A DNA stretch of 64,000 nucleotides, from positions 103,282 through 167,281 of the forward strand of contig CAZSMK010000011.1 in NCBI GenBank assembly GCA_964608095.1. Direction: 5' to 3'. This document shows, one piece after another, positions 54,079 through 63,763 of the stretch. A model generated the notes under the pieces. That model ran no database searches and was not told where the DNA came from. It saw nothing but the letters and a program-made list of their open reading frames with translations. Within the stretch, counting starts at the first letter, position 1, and each line of letters starts with the position of its first letter. Both the position numbers and the translations under genes were made by a program. The DNA comes from an uncultured Candidatus Sumerlaeota bacterium. GTDB lineage: Bacteria > Sumerlaeota > Sumerlaeia > MWCT01 > JAGHBZ01.

Positions 54079-54994
54079 CGTCCTTTCCCAGATTTTTTAT
54101 TATTGAATCAGCGCCTGCAGCAAGCAGCGATTGTGCAAGTGCCTCTCCGCATTGACGTGCGTTTAACCTATCTCCCTCGATGGAATCAGCGACCTTGCGG
54201 GTGCCGTCCGGATTACATACCAGAGCCCGGATTAGGAGTTTTTTGTTTCCCTGGGCTCTGGCAAGACATCCTATGGGCGTATGGCACCCCCCGCCAAGAT
54301 ATCGTAGAAGGGCACGTTCCGCTTTCACTTCAGCGTGCGATACAGAATCGTCAATGACTTCTGTAAGAAAACCCAACTCACCTTCTCGTACCTGGAGGGC
54401 GAGTGCGCCCTGCCCGGGCGCCGGCAACATTGTCTCATAAGGCAAATATACAATCCCCTTTTCCTTAATCCCCAATCTTTTAATACCGGCTGCGGCGACA
54501 ATAATACCATCAACCTCGTGTCGTTTCATTTTTTTTATCCGGGTATCTACGTTTCCCCGTATCGGGATGATTTGTAAATCAGGACGAAGCGCAAGAACCT
54601 GCGCCTTTCGCCTCAAACTGCTCGTTCCGATTTTCGCTCCCTCCGATAGTTGTTCAATCGCCACACCGCTCAATGTTATTAATACATCTCCCGGCTCTTC
54701 TCGCTTCGTTACCGCCCCTATTACAAGCCCCTCGGACATTTCAGTCGGCACATCTTTCATACTGTGAACCGCCAGGTCTATTCGTTTTTCAATGAGTGCG
54801 GCTTCGATTTCCTTGATAAAAAGACCTTTCCCCGGAATATCATATAAGCCTCGGTTATAAATCCTGTCGCCAGTGGTCTTGATTATGGCTACTTTTACTT
54901 CTATAGCGGGAAAATGTTTACGAATTAGAGCGATAACCTCACGTGTCTGCACAAGCGCCAGACGGCTTCCTCTTGTTCCGATTTTTATACGCAT
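54056..54994 (-). CDS. hemC: porphobilinogen deaminase (hydroxymethylbilane synthase)
   Basis: MRIKIGTRGSRLALVQT..., with the dipyrromethane cofactor Cys region (GGGCHTPIG), in 312 aa. Confidence 0.85.
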   Translation of the reverse strand: MRIKIGTRGSRLALVQTREVIALIRKHFPAIEVKVAIIKTTGDRIYNRGLYDIPGKGLFIKEIEAALIEKRIDLAVHSMKDVPTEMSEGLVIGAVTKREEPGDVLITLSGVAIEQLSEGAKIGTSSLRRKAQVLALRPDLQIIPIRGNVDTRIKKMKRHEVDGIIVAAAGIKRLGIKEKGIVYLPYETMLPAPGQGALALQVREGELGFLTEVIDDSVSHAEVKAERALLRYLGGGCHTPIGCLARAQGNKKLLIRALVCNPDGTRKVADSIEGDRLNARQCGEALAQSLLAAGADSIIKNLGKDGDTNHVG

Positions 54995-55176
54995 GATGAT
55001 ACACCCTGAAACGTTTTATTCTTTATCTTTAATGGGAATAAAAACAAGTCTTTTCGCATCATGTATCAGCGGCGAGTCAATCCGAGCACCCACAAACACT
55101 CTGAAGGCTTGAAAAACATATATCCTGTTAGGGTATAACAATATTCGATAAACGCAACAAAGAGGGAGAAAATCTC

Positions 55177-55596
55177 ATGGCGGTCAAAACAGCATACGTA
55201 TCCCTGAAAACCAACGGATTTACCCACATAATCAATATAACCTCGGAAATCGATCAGCGTGTCAGGGATAGCGGCATGAAAGATGGAATTGTGACCATTT
55301 TTGTCCCCGGCTCAACCGGAGGCATTACCACCATCGAGTATGAACCCGGCCTTCTCAAAGATATACCGGAAATGCTCGAAAAGGTCGCTCCATCCGACGT
55401 CCCCTATCACCATGATGAAACCTGGCATGACGGAAACGGTTCAGCACATGTCCGGTCTGCCTTGATAAAAACGTCCCTGACAGTGCCCTTTGTCGATAAG
55501 AGGTTAACCCTCGGAACGTGGCAACAGATTGTATTTATCGATTTTGATAATCGGTCGAGGAACCGGGAACTGGTTTGCCAGATAATGGGAGAATAG
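55177..55596 (+). CDS. YjbQ/UPF0047 family protein (secondary thiamine-phosphate synthase-like)
   Basis: A 139-aa protein with the conserved pattern ...VTIFVPGSTGGITTIEYEPG...HDGNGSAHVRSAL.... Confidence 0.7.
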   Translation: MAVKTAYVSLKTNGFTHIINITSEIDQRVRDSGMKDGIVTIFVPGSTGGITTIEYEPGLLKDIPEMLEKVAPSDVPYHHDETWHDGNGSAHVRSALIKTSLTVPFVDKRLTLGTWQQIVFIDFDNRSRNRELVCQIMGE

Positions 55597-55694
55597 GATT
55601 CACGGGGATAAATATAAAAAAATCCTTGAGTAGTGTGGAGTAAATACTGAAAATAGTGCTTATTAAGGTTGAGCAATATTCTTAAATTTCGACT

Positions 55695-56099
55695 GTGCCG
55701 TTGAGAACAGAACAAGATTCAAAAGAAAAAACCCCGCAGCGGTTTAAATTCCGGCGGTATAATCGGATTCATAAGACCAGTGATTTTAAGTATGTGGCTC
55801 AACACGGAAAGAAAATAAACGACAGATTTCTTGTTATAAATTACCTGGAAAGAGGAGACAATAAGGCAACGAGGTTGGGAATCATCACTACACGCAGGTT
55901 AGGAAAGGCAACCCAGCGCAACCGATTGCGGCGAGTTTTGCGAGAGGCATTTCGACATGTTTTACCAAAGCTTCGCCGAGGATTCGATATCGTGGTCATT
56001 GTTCGTGAAAAAGCACGTGAAACCGATTGCAAAGTAGTGCGGGAAAGCTTTCACACCTTGTTGATAAAAGCGGGCATTCTTCAACATGCGCATGCTTAA
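55695..56099 (+). CDS. rnpA: ribonuclease P protein component (start uncertain, GTG/TTG)
   Basis: Basic RnpA pattern (RFKFRRYNRIHKTSDFKYV...RLGIITTRRLGKATQRNRLRRVLREAFR), immediately upstream of yidD-yidC-jag. Confidence 0.75.
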   Translation: MPLRTEQDSKEKTPQRFKFRRYNRIHKTSDFKYVAQHGKKINDRFLVINYLERGDNKATRLGIITTRRLGKATQRNRLRRVLREAFRHVLPKLRRGFDIVVIVREKARETDCKVVRESFHTLLIKAGILQHAHA

Positions 56100-56325
56100 A
56101 ATAGTTGACCATACGCTACGTCAGATGTTTTGGGGCATAATACGAGTTTATCAACTCATCATCGGTCCGTTTTTGCCACCTGTGTGTCGCTTTATACCCA
56201 CATGTTCAAATTATGCCCTGGAGGCGTTACAACGAAAGCCTTTTCCTGTTGCTCTCTGGCTTATCGTGCGGCGCGTGATCCGTTGCAACCCTTTCAGCCG
56301 TGGCGGCTTCGACCCTGTGCCTTGA
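56086..56325 (+). CDS. yidD: membrane protein insertion efficiency factor YidD
   Basis: A 79-aa protein with the pattern IRVYQLIIGPFLPPVCRFIPTCSNYALEAL....RCNPFSRGGFDPVP. It overlaps the rnpA end. Confidence 0.85.
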   Translation: MRMLKIVDHTLRQMFWGIIRVYQLIIGPFLPPVCRFIPTCSNYALEALQRKPFPVALWLIVRRVIRCNPFSRGGFDPVP

Positions 56326-56378
56326 GCACCTCTTTTCCGGTATGCTATTTTTCCATGGATAGGTAGCCAGGTATAATT

Positions 56379-58256
56379 ATGGATATGGAACGAAGAGTAA
56401 TACTTTTTCTTATACTTTCAGTACTCGTAATGCTGATGTTCTCGTCCTTGATGCGACAGCAACAAATCCCTGAGACGCAACAGGAGACTCAACCCATTGG
56501 TACACCGGGACAACCTGCTATTTCTCAAACCGCTCGAGATATGGTCACGACCGGCACACAACGACACAAGGACCTGACCATTGCACGTAAAGAAATAACA
56601 GAAGAATACACAACCACACCACCTGCTGATATCGAATCGCTTCCGCTCGAAAAAGAAGAAAAGATTCGCGTCCACACTCACAACTACTATATTACTTTCT
56701 CCAATCTTGGCGCACATCCTGTTAGCTGGCTGATGACCACCACAAATCCGCAGAACTCAAAAAAAATCAGCAAGGAAGACCTTCCTTCTACTGACAGTAT
56801 GGTTGAACTTATTCCGCAATGGATTCCTTTCACCATAAACCGCGAATATCCCCTTGACGTTACCCTTCTTGAATATGGAGGTTCAATTCATAACGAATTC
56901 CATAATCTCCCGTTTACGGCAACCAAAAGAACCAACGCCGATGGCGATATCGTGGTTGATTTTTTATCGGAATCGAATAAACAGAACATCCGTGTGCGAA
57001 AAATCTTTACCATTCCATCCCGTGGATACAACTTCGATCTAAAGATCGAGGTTATGAACGAAGGAGATGCAAAGATGGTCTTCGACCACTACGGTCTTGG
57101 AATGGGCGTAATCTGGGGCGCAGGTATAGCTTCCCTCGAAGAGGAAGAGAAAGGTGCGGAAAGTCGTTATTATTCAGCAATTTTCAAACAGGATGATAAA
57201 GTCAAGAAAGTAACTCCCCATATTGATAAAACCGCCACCTATTCAGGAAAAATCTGGTGGGGAGGATTGCAATCACGTTTTTACCTCGCTGCCATGATCT
57301 CTTCCAACACACCGTTTGCCCATTTTTCCGCTACTGTTAAAGAAAAAAATTTAATCGGCCTCGACAGAGAGGAGATAAAGCAAAAGGCACGTTCTCTCGG
57401 CACTTCAGAAGTGTGGGTCTCACGCTTTGTGCTTGAACCGGGGCAACGGTATGAAACCGCTATGGAAGGATTTGCCGGTCCTAAATATTACGACGTGCTG
57501 CACAATACCGGCTATGATCTTCACAAATCTCTCTTCGGGTTTCTTCGTCCGTTTTGCGTTATTCTCTTGAAAATCATGCAGGTCTTTTATGACATAACCG
57601 CCAACTATGGTTGGGCCATTATCATGTTAACCCTTCTTGTTCGCGTTCTCGCTTACCCGCTCACCATCAAAGGTATGCGCATCCAGGCAAAATCCATGGC
57701 TGAACAGCGTCGCATTCGTCCTCTTATTGATGAACTCAACAAAAAATACAAAGATAACCCTGCATTGAAAAACAAAAAACTAATGGAGCTCTACAAGGAG
57801 CATGGGATTAATCCCCTGGCACCCTTACGGGGGTGTTTACCCATGCTGTTACAAATGCCTATTTTCTTCGCACTGTATATACTCCTTATGCAGTCGATGG
57901 AGCTCAAAGGCGAATCTTTTCTCTGGATTGCCGATTTGTCAGGACCCGACAAACTCCTGACTTTTGATTTTTCGTTACCCATTGTCGGTTCTCATTTGAA
58001 CCTTCTTCCCATTCTTATGGGTGCGAGCCAGTATTTCATATCTCGATTAAGCGCTACGGGAGGAACTGCAGACCCAATGCAACGGCAGATGGCCATTATC
58101 TTCCCTCTCTTCTTCATGTTTATTCTTTATAACTTTCCCTCCGGCTTGATTCTGTACTGGCTTGTGTCTAACGCCCTGCAGGTGGGACAACAACTCGTGG
58201 TCAATAAGCATGTGAAGGAGCATCTGAGCGAGTATGAAACCGCAGATCGAAAGTGA
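56379..58256 (+). CDS. yidC: membrane protein insertase YidC (long Gram-negative type with large periplasmic domain)
   Basis: TM1, a roughly 330-aa periplasmic region, then the conserved core (GWAIIMLTLLVRVLAYPLT...QAKSMAEQRRIRP...MPIFFALY), in 625 aa. Confidence 0.85.
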   Translation: MDMERRVILFLILSVLVMLMFSSLMRQQQIPETQQETQPIGTPGQPAISQTARDMVTTGTQRHKDLTIARKEITEEYTTTPPADIESLPLEKEEKIRVHTHNYYITFSNLGAHPVSWLMTTTNPQNSKKISKEDLPSTDSMVELIPQWIPFTINREYPLDVTLLEYGGSIHNEFHNLPFTATKRTNADGDIVVDFLSESNKQNIRVRKIFTIPSRGYNFDLKIEVMNEGDAKMVFDHYGLGMGVIWGAGIASLEEEEKGAESRYYSAIFKQDDKVKKVTPHIDKTATYSGKIWWGGLQSRFYLAAMISSNTPFAHFSATVKEKNLIGLDREEIKQKARSLGTSEVWVSRFVLEPGQRYETAMEGFAGPKYYDVLHNTGYDLHKSLFGFLRPFCVILLKIMQVFYDITANYGWAIIMLTLLVRVLAYPLTIKGMRIQAKSMAEQRRIRPLIDELNKKYKDNPALKNKKLMELYKEHGINPLAPLRGCLPMLLQMPIFFALYILLMQSMELKGESFLWIADLSGPDKLLTFDFSLPIVGSHLNLLPILMGASQYFISRLSATGGTADPMQRQMAIIFPLFFMFILYNFPSGLILYWLVSNALQVGQQLVVNKHVKEHLSEYETADRK

Positions 58257-58331
58257 TCTACCTTTTTAACGAGATACCTTGTTCTTTGAGAAAACATTAT
58301 CTCAATTACACTTGAACTATCACTCACTCAG

Positions 58332-59030
58332 TTGCGCTTCTTCAAAGGAGATAGAGCAATGAAAAACATCTTATTTGTGACAGCAAAATCGCTTGAAGAA
58401 GCAAAGGAGAAAGCATCGCAAGAATTGAATATGCCTGTTGAATGGCTTAGCATCGAGAAACTCGATGAAAGTGAAATCGACGTTCTTGAAGGAGCAACTC
58501 CTCTCGAGGCGCGATTCAAAGTTCAACCAAAACTTGATATCATACAAGATATCGCATATCAAAATCTTCTCCAGCTGCTCAACACAATGAACATTAATGC
58601 GCGTGTCAAAAATAGTATTGTGGGAAACCTTATCCATCTGACGATTATGAGCAAGGAGAAAAAGTTGATATCAGGAAAGAAGGGCTCAACCCTTGAAGCC
58701 ATATCGCATTTCGTTAATAGAATAGTGAATCGAGGCGACAAAAATTTACCCTATATTCTGATTGATCTCGAAGGCTTTAACGATAGGCGTTACCATCGAA
58801 TCAAACGTGAGGCAATGCGCGCAATCGAGTTTGTCCGTAAACATAATCAGAAATTCGTGATGAGATCGATGAAACCCGAAGACCGCAAAATAATTCACAA
58901 TATAATTCGGGGAACCGATGGCGTCTTCTCTTTCAGCCAGGGGCAGGATAGAGAGCGTTCTGTCGTCGTCACAAGTGAACAATCTAATAATTCAAGGAAT
59001 AATCCGGAACTCACCGGTGGATTTTTCTGA
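58332..59030 (+). CDS. jag: Jag/KhpB-like RNA-binding protein (Jag_N + KH + R3H)
   Basis: In the conserved position after yidC. It has a KH-like segment (IVGNLIHLTIMSKEKKLISGKKGSTLEAISHFVN) and an R3H-like segment (MKPEDRKIIHNIIRGTDGVFSFSQG). Confidence 0.7.
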   Translation: MRFFKGDRAMKNILFVTAKSLEEAKEKASQELNMPVEWLSIEKLDESEIDVLEGATPLEARFKVQPKLDIIQDIAYQNLLQLLNTMNINARVKNSIVGNLIHLTIMSKEKKLISGKKGSTLEAISHFVNRIVNRGDKNLPYILIDLEGFNDRRYHRIKREAMRAIEFVRKHNQKFVMRSMKPEDRKIIHNIIRGTDGVFSFSQGQDRERSVVVTSEQSNNSRNNPELTGGFF

Positions 59031-59082
59031 TTAATTATTAATCCCCTTTGACTCGCATTTTGGTCTTTCTTCGGCGTGCTCC

Positions 59083-61065
59083 TCAACTACTCAGGCGATG
59101 TCTTACATGGTAGAGGTACTCTATTGCAGCTACCGGTAAAAGTACTGTCAGCGCAATGAGCCAGAGATGTCGCTTGATATAAGTGAACATTCTTTGTCGG
59201 GTGGTGGGTTTTTCAGGGAATAGATAGTCGCTGCCGATCGGCTCGATAAATCGCGCTTCACCCGGTATCGTCCAGTACATATAAAATACCGCTCTTTCAT
59301 CACGATAGGGATTATACTTTATCCTGATAGGATGAATCCCATAAGTCAGACCAATTTTCGCACGCGGAAGATGTTGCGGAATTTTCTCATCGTTGTAAAA
59401 AAGGAGATGCTCTCCAATTCGAACCTCATATTCTCCCAGGACTTTGAGATAAAAGGTGAACTCTTTCTCGGTTGGCGCCTCGAGATAACCCGACCAAGTA
59501 TAAAAATCTTCTCCATCACTCACCATTCGCTTTTCCATTCTAAGGCGTTTATCAATTGTGGTTTCTCCCCGGCTGGTGATCCTGATTAATCCCCGTGGTC
59601 CTGCAAGTGATGTACAAAATGCGCCACAGACAAGAAAAAGAGCAATTAACGCCACGGTAAATTTAAACCTGTTCAGATACTTTTTTATTTCTATCTTTCC
59701 TGAAATTTCTCGCGATGTAATGCTCCTCCAGAGACTTCTACCCGTTATAAGAATTACAACCAGGAGAATGAGGTAAATAAGGACTATTATCAGGCGGTAA
59801 GCAGGCGCGACGTTTGTTATAGCGAGATTGAATTTCCCGTCTTTGATAAGGTGGCATAACCCGGCAAGTGACGATGTCTGTGGTATAAATAGAAAGAGCG
59901 ATTCAGCGCCAAGTAAGCCATAAAGTTCGTTGTTGTAATCCAATGGATTGACAAGGTTCATTAAGACTTGAAGAAAAAAACTCAAGACAAATAGTGCAAG
60001 TGCAATTCCTCTCCAAAAAGTGATATAAGCATCGTTTTGGGGCGCATCTTCGAATAAGGGGAGCGCCCAAACAAGCACGAGTGGTGTTATAGGAAGAAGG
60101 AATCGGCATCCGGGTGTCCAACCACCATGCCATGTCCAGAAACGTGCGTATGAAATAACCAGGATAAGAACAAGTGATAAAGACAGCAGTGCGACGCGTG
60201 GATGACGTTTATAAAAAAGAGGAAAGCCGGCAACAGCGGCAAATGCCCAGGGATTATAAACAAAAAAGCCCCGTCCGGGACTTGCCAACAGCCCGAAAAG
60301 ACCTGATAAATAATGACCCGAAAATGTGTTTGATCCATATCCTGTAGTGAAAAGCCCTCCCCTCATAGTCAGATTCATGATAAGATTAATAATAAGAGCT
60401 GCAGCAACAGGCAAAAGAAACAACGCCCCATATTTTAATTTTTGTTTATACCCGGCGGTAATGATAAACAAAATCATGGCTGGCAGAAAAAAGAGACCGT
60501 TAATTCTACTCAAAAGAGATGCACCGAAACAAATGCCCCCTAAAAGAATGGAACTGAACAAGGGTCCCTTTTTTTCCGCTTTTACAACAAAATATAACGA
60601 AAGAAGCAGAAGAAGGGTAAAGAGGGGCTCGGAAAAAAAGGTCGTCGAATAGAAAAAAAGTTGAGTGGTTGTGCCCAGAAGTACGCTGAAAAAGAGCCTC
60701 ACTCTCATAGAATATCCCAAAAGTCTCATGATATAATAGAAGACAACAACAGCAAAACCGGAAAGCAAAATAGTCGAGAGAGCACAGATATTCCAGGTAG
60801 GCGTCAAACTTCCCGCACCGATGAGATTAGCAATTAATCTATACGCCGCATAAGGAGGAATGCCGACAATTGAATTTAATATGCCGTATTCACTGGTCGT
60901 TTTCCCAAATACGGATGAAAAAGTAAGCCTGCCGTGGTCGGTTATGCTCTGTGTAAGCCGGGCAATGACAATCTCATCGGAGGCATAAAATGTCCCTGAA
61001 AAGAACAAACTCCAAAGACAAATCATAAAGACTGCCAAAGATAAAACTATTTTTTTATCGCTCAT
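59083..61065 (-). CDS. polytopic GT39/GT83-like (ArnT/PMT-type) glycosyltransferase with C-terminal PA14-like domain
   Basis: About 12 TM segments in the first roughly 480 aa, resembling ArnT/dolichyl-phosphate-mannose transferase topology. The C-terminal roughly 150 aa (DGEDFYTWSGYLEAPTEKEFTFYLKVLGEYEVRIGEHLLF...GIHPIRIKYNPYRDERAVFYMYW) resemble PA14. Confidence 0.55.
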   Translation of the reverse strand: MSDKKIVLSLAVFMICLWSLFFSGTFYASDEIVIARLTQSITDHGRLTFSSVFGKTTSEYGILNSIVGIPPYAAYRLIANLIGAGSLTPTWNICALSTILLSGFAVVVFYYIMRLLGYSMRVRLFFSVLLGTTTQLFFYSTTFFSEPLFTLLLLLSLYFVVKAEKKGPLFSSILLGGICFGASLLSRINGLFFLPAMILFIITAGYKQKLKYGALFLLPVAAALIINLIMNLTMRGGLFTTGYGSNTFSGHYLSGLFGLLASPGRGFFVYNPWAFAAVAGFPLFYKRHPRVALLSLSLVLILVISYARFWTWHGGWTPGCRFLLPITPLVLVWALPLFEDAPQNDAYITFWRGIALALFVLSFFLQVLMNLVNPLDYNNELYGLLGAESLFLFIPQTSSLAGLCHLIKDGKFNLAITNVAPAYRLIIVLIYLILLVVILITGRSLWRSITSREISGKIEIKKYLNRFKFTVALIALFLVCGAFCTSLAGPRGLIRITSRGETTIDKRLRMEKRMVSDGEDFYTWSGYLEAPTEKEFTFYLKVLGEYEVRIGEHLLFYNDEKIPQHLPRAKIGLTYGIHPIRIKYNPYRDERAVFYMYWTIPGEARFIEPIGSDYLFPEKPTTRQRMFTYIKRHLWLIALTVLLPVAAIEYLYHVRHRLSS

Positions 61066-61159
61066 GTCACGAAAAATTGAGAAAATAAAAATATCGAAAT
61101 GTCCTTACATTTTATCTAATGTTTCTTATTTGTAATATGTATTTGTAATCACAAGACTA

Positions 61160-62233
61160 ATGAATGATGTCCCCATGCGCAAGATCAGAAAAGAAAAAAT
61201 TGTAAAATTCGCGAATCAACTGGGATTCGAGGAAGTCGGAATTTCGAACGCACAATCTCTATCCTTGATAACAGACATGCTACAGGAATGGATACAGAAA
61301 GGCTTTCATGCAGATATGGGTTATTTGAAGCGAGAGCCCCAGCTCCGTCTGAATCCTCGAATGCTTCTTGACGACACCAAAAGTGTCATATCACTTGCTA
61401 CCCCGTATCTACATGAGCCGCCCGCCGCTACACCTCCGGATGATGGCAGATATTATGGAAGGATAAGTGCGTATGCCCTGGGTAAGGATTATCATAAAAT
61501 TATCCAGAAACGTTTAAAGAGACTCGGAGATTATATAAAGGAGGAACATGAAAAAGAATATGTTCACTTGCGTTATTTTGTAGACGCAACACCCTTGCTC
61601 GAGCGGGCGTTTGCACAACGCGGGGGAATTGGATTCACCGGTAAAAATACCAACTTAATCACGCCATCATACGGCTCCTGGGTCTTTCTCTCTGAACTAC
61701 TCATCAACATTGAATTGGAACCGGACGTGAATATATTCGCCGATTGCAGCGAGTGCACAATGTGCGAACGCGCCTGTCCGACCAACGCCCTTATAGAGCC
61801 TTATATGCTCGATGCACGCAAGTGTGTCTCATATCATACTGTTGAAAACAGATTTCATCACATTCCCGACGAGGTTAAAGCACACATGGGCGCCTGGCTT
61901 TTCGGCTGTGATGTCTGCCAGAATATATGCCCTTACAACAACTACCCCCTCAAATCGACTGACCCAGACTTTAAACCTCTTCCTCATTTTTCGAACGGCT
62001 GGTTTCCACTCGAAACGATACTGAAACTCCGCTCCGATGATGAATTCAGAAACTTGTTCTCGGACTCCGTTATCAAACGTACTGGATTGAGAGGGTTACA
62101 ACGTAATGCATGTATTGTTGCCGGCAATCTGAACGCAACTGAACTTAAATCTGACATTCTTGCGCTTCATAAATCAGTTAAGGAGATTCCCATGCTCCTT
62201 GATGCAACTGAATATGCACTTGAAAGACTATAG
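61160..62233 (+). CDS. queG: epoxyqueuosine reductase
   Basis: Two 4Fe-4S motifs (CSECTMCERACP and CDVCQNICP) and QueG N-terminal pattern and length (357 aa). Confidence 0.85.
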   Translation: MNDVPMRKIRKEKIVKFANQLGFEEVGISNAQSLSLITDMLQEWIQKGFHADMGYLKREPQLRLNPRMLLDDTKSVISLATPYLHEPPAATPPDDGRYYGRISAYALGKDYHKIIQKRLKRLGDYIKEEHEKEYVHLRYFVDATPLLERAFAQRGGIGFTGKNTNLITPSYGSWVFLSELLINIELEPDVNIFADCSECTMCERACPTNALIEPYMLDARKCVSYHTVENRFHHIPDEVKAHMGAWLFGCDVCQNICPYNNYPLKSTDPDFKPLPHFSNGWFPLETILKLRSDDEFRNLFSDSVIKRTGLRGLQRNACIVAGNLNATELKSDILALHKSVKEIPMLLDATEYALERL

Positions 62234-62296
62234 CGATATATGTTTTAAAAATTGCTGGAATCAACGTTAAATATATGCGCCAATAGATGAGTAAAA

Positions 62297-63103
62297 ATGC
62301 TTAAAAATCTTCTCATTAATGAATGGATAAAAGCGATTCACCATAAGGTCACTTATCTTGGAATTTTCTTTGCCCTGTTGCCACCATTGCTCTGGACAAA
62401 AATTGTCCGTGCCTTTGGTGAAGAGGAGAATCTCAACGGCTTCCTTTTTGTTGCAACATCGGTGCAAGCGTCTATCACCGGTGTTGTTCCGGTGTTTTTT
62501 ATTCTGTTCTCATCGCTTCTGATCGCAGGGGAAGCGACATCCGGTACTATGCGCCTGGTTCTTAGCCGTCCTGTTTCTCGTCTCCAATTCCTGGTCGCAA
62601 AAACCATAACCGCACTCGCCTATGGCTTCCTTTTGTTATCTTTGAACTTCCTGATCTCCTTTTTGATCGGGTGGATAAAGTATGGATTCGTTCTCCCTGA
62701 GGATATTCAATCTATGGGGATGAAAGAATCGGTGCTCTGGCTTTACATGTGTGCAAGCCTGCTTCTTGCCTTTATCCCTCTCGCGGCTGTGGCAATATTC
62801 GGATTGTTCTTCTCCGTCCTCACTCGTAACGTGGGCACTTCTGTGGCTTTTGCTGTGGGACTCTACGTAGGTATCCAATCGATCAAGCACCTCATCACAT
62901 TCGGCGATGTTGCATTTAATGAACTCTGGTTCGCCTCATATACCGATGTAGCGCTTGCACGTATGATTGACCTCATTGGGGGCTATAGCATCGTGTTCAT
63001 ATCGGGACGCGTTATTCAGTCTATCCTCATACCAACCGTCTCAAGCCTTGTAATGATGCTCATTGCCTATATTATCTTTTATCGCCGGGACTTAAATTAT
63101 TGA
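62297..63103 (+). CDS. ABC-2-type transporter permease-like membrane protein (no cognate ATPase adjacent)
   Basis: Six predicted TM segments with an ABC-2 permease-like arrangement, in 268 aa. Confidence 0.45.
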   Translation: MLKNLLINEWIKAIHHKVTYLGIFFALLPPLLWTKIVRAFGEEENLNGFLFVATSVQASITGVVPVFFILFSSLLIAGEATSGTMRLVLSRPVSRLQFLVAKTITALAYGFLLLSLNFLISFLIGWIKYGFVLPEDIQSMGMKESVLWLYMCASLLLAFIPLAAVAIFGLFFSVLTRNVGTSVAFAVGLYVGIQSIKHLITFGDVAFNELWFASYTDVALARMIDLIGGYSIVFISGRVIQSILIPTVSSLVMMLIAYIIFYRRDLNY

Positions 63104-63161
63104 TATAGGTACCAGAAGTTGTGTAATCTTTTCCATTATAGTAGATTCTAAGGAGGAAACT

Positions 63162-63674
63162 ATGGATTTCAAAGTGCTTATCCGTGACGTCCCAGACTTC
63201 CCCAAACCGGGTATCTTATTTAAAGACATAACACCCCTCTTAGCAGACCCACGAGCATTCAAAGGGTGCATCGATCACTTTGCCGATCGATACCGCGATA
63301 AAGAAATAGACAAGATCGTCGGGATCGAGGCACGTGGTTTCATTTTTGCCGGTGCACTTGCATACGCCCTTGACACGGGAGTCGTTCCTATACGAAAACC
63401 CGGAAAACTCCCCTACCTGACAATCAATGAAACCTATGAGCTGGAGTACGGCACCGATGCGATGGAAATTCACCAGGATGCGGTCAAGCCGGGTGAGAAA
63501 ATCATCTTGTTCGATGACCTCCTTGCTACCGGCGGGACACTGGCTGCAGCAGCCCGTCTTGTCGAAAAACTCGGCGGTAACATCGTTGAAATCGCTACCC
63601 TTATCGAGTTGACTTTCCTTAAAGGTAGTGAGAAAATTAGAAGTTATAATTATTACACACTTATGCAACTTTGA
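63162..63674 (+). CDS. apt: adenine phosphoribosyltransferase
   Basis: A 170-aa protein with the PRPP motif ILFDDLLATGGTL and an Apt-like N-terminus (LIRDVPDFPKPGILFKDITPLL). An RBS AAGGAGGAA lies upstream. Confidence 0.85.
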   Translation: MDFKVLIRDVPDFPKPGILFKDITPLLADPRAFKGCIDHFADRYRDKEIDKIVGIEARGFIFAGALAYALDTGVVPIRKPGKLPYLTINETYELEYGTDAMEIHQDAVKPGEKIILFDDLLATGGTLAAAARLVEKLGGNIVEIATLIELTFLKGSEKIRSYNYYTLMQL

Positions 63675-63689
63675 TAGGTCGTATTTTGT

Positions 63690-63763
63690 GCGCCCGTAGC
63701 TCAGCTGGACAGAGCGAAGGATTCCTAATCCTTAGGCCGTGAGTTCGAATCTCGCCGGGCGCA
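63690..63763 (+). tRNA. tRNA-Arg (anticodon CCT), CCA not encoded
   Basis: GCGCCCGTAGCTCAGCTGGACAGAGCGAAGGATTCCTAATCCTTAGGCCGTGAGTTCGAATCTCGCCGGGCGCA folds as a cloverleaf, with anticodon loop TTCCTAA. Confidence 0.8.

Noticed and set aside
55597-56400. The replication origin (oriC) next to rnpA/yidC.
   Set aside because: No dnaA gene, no rpmH and no cluster of DnaA boxes are visible; gene order alone is insufficient.
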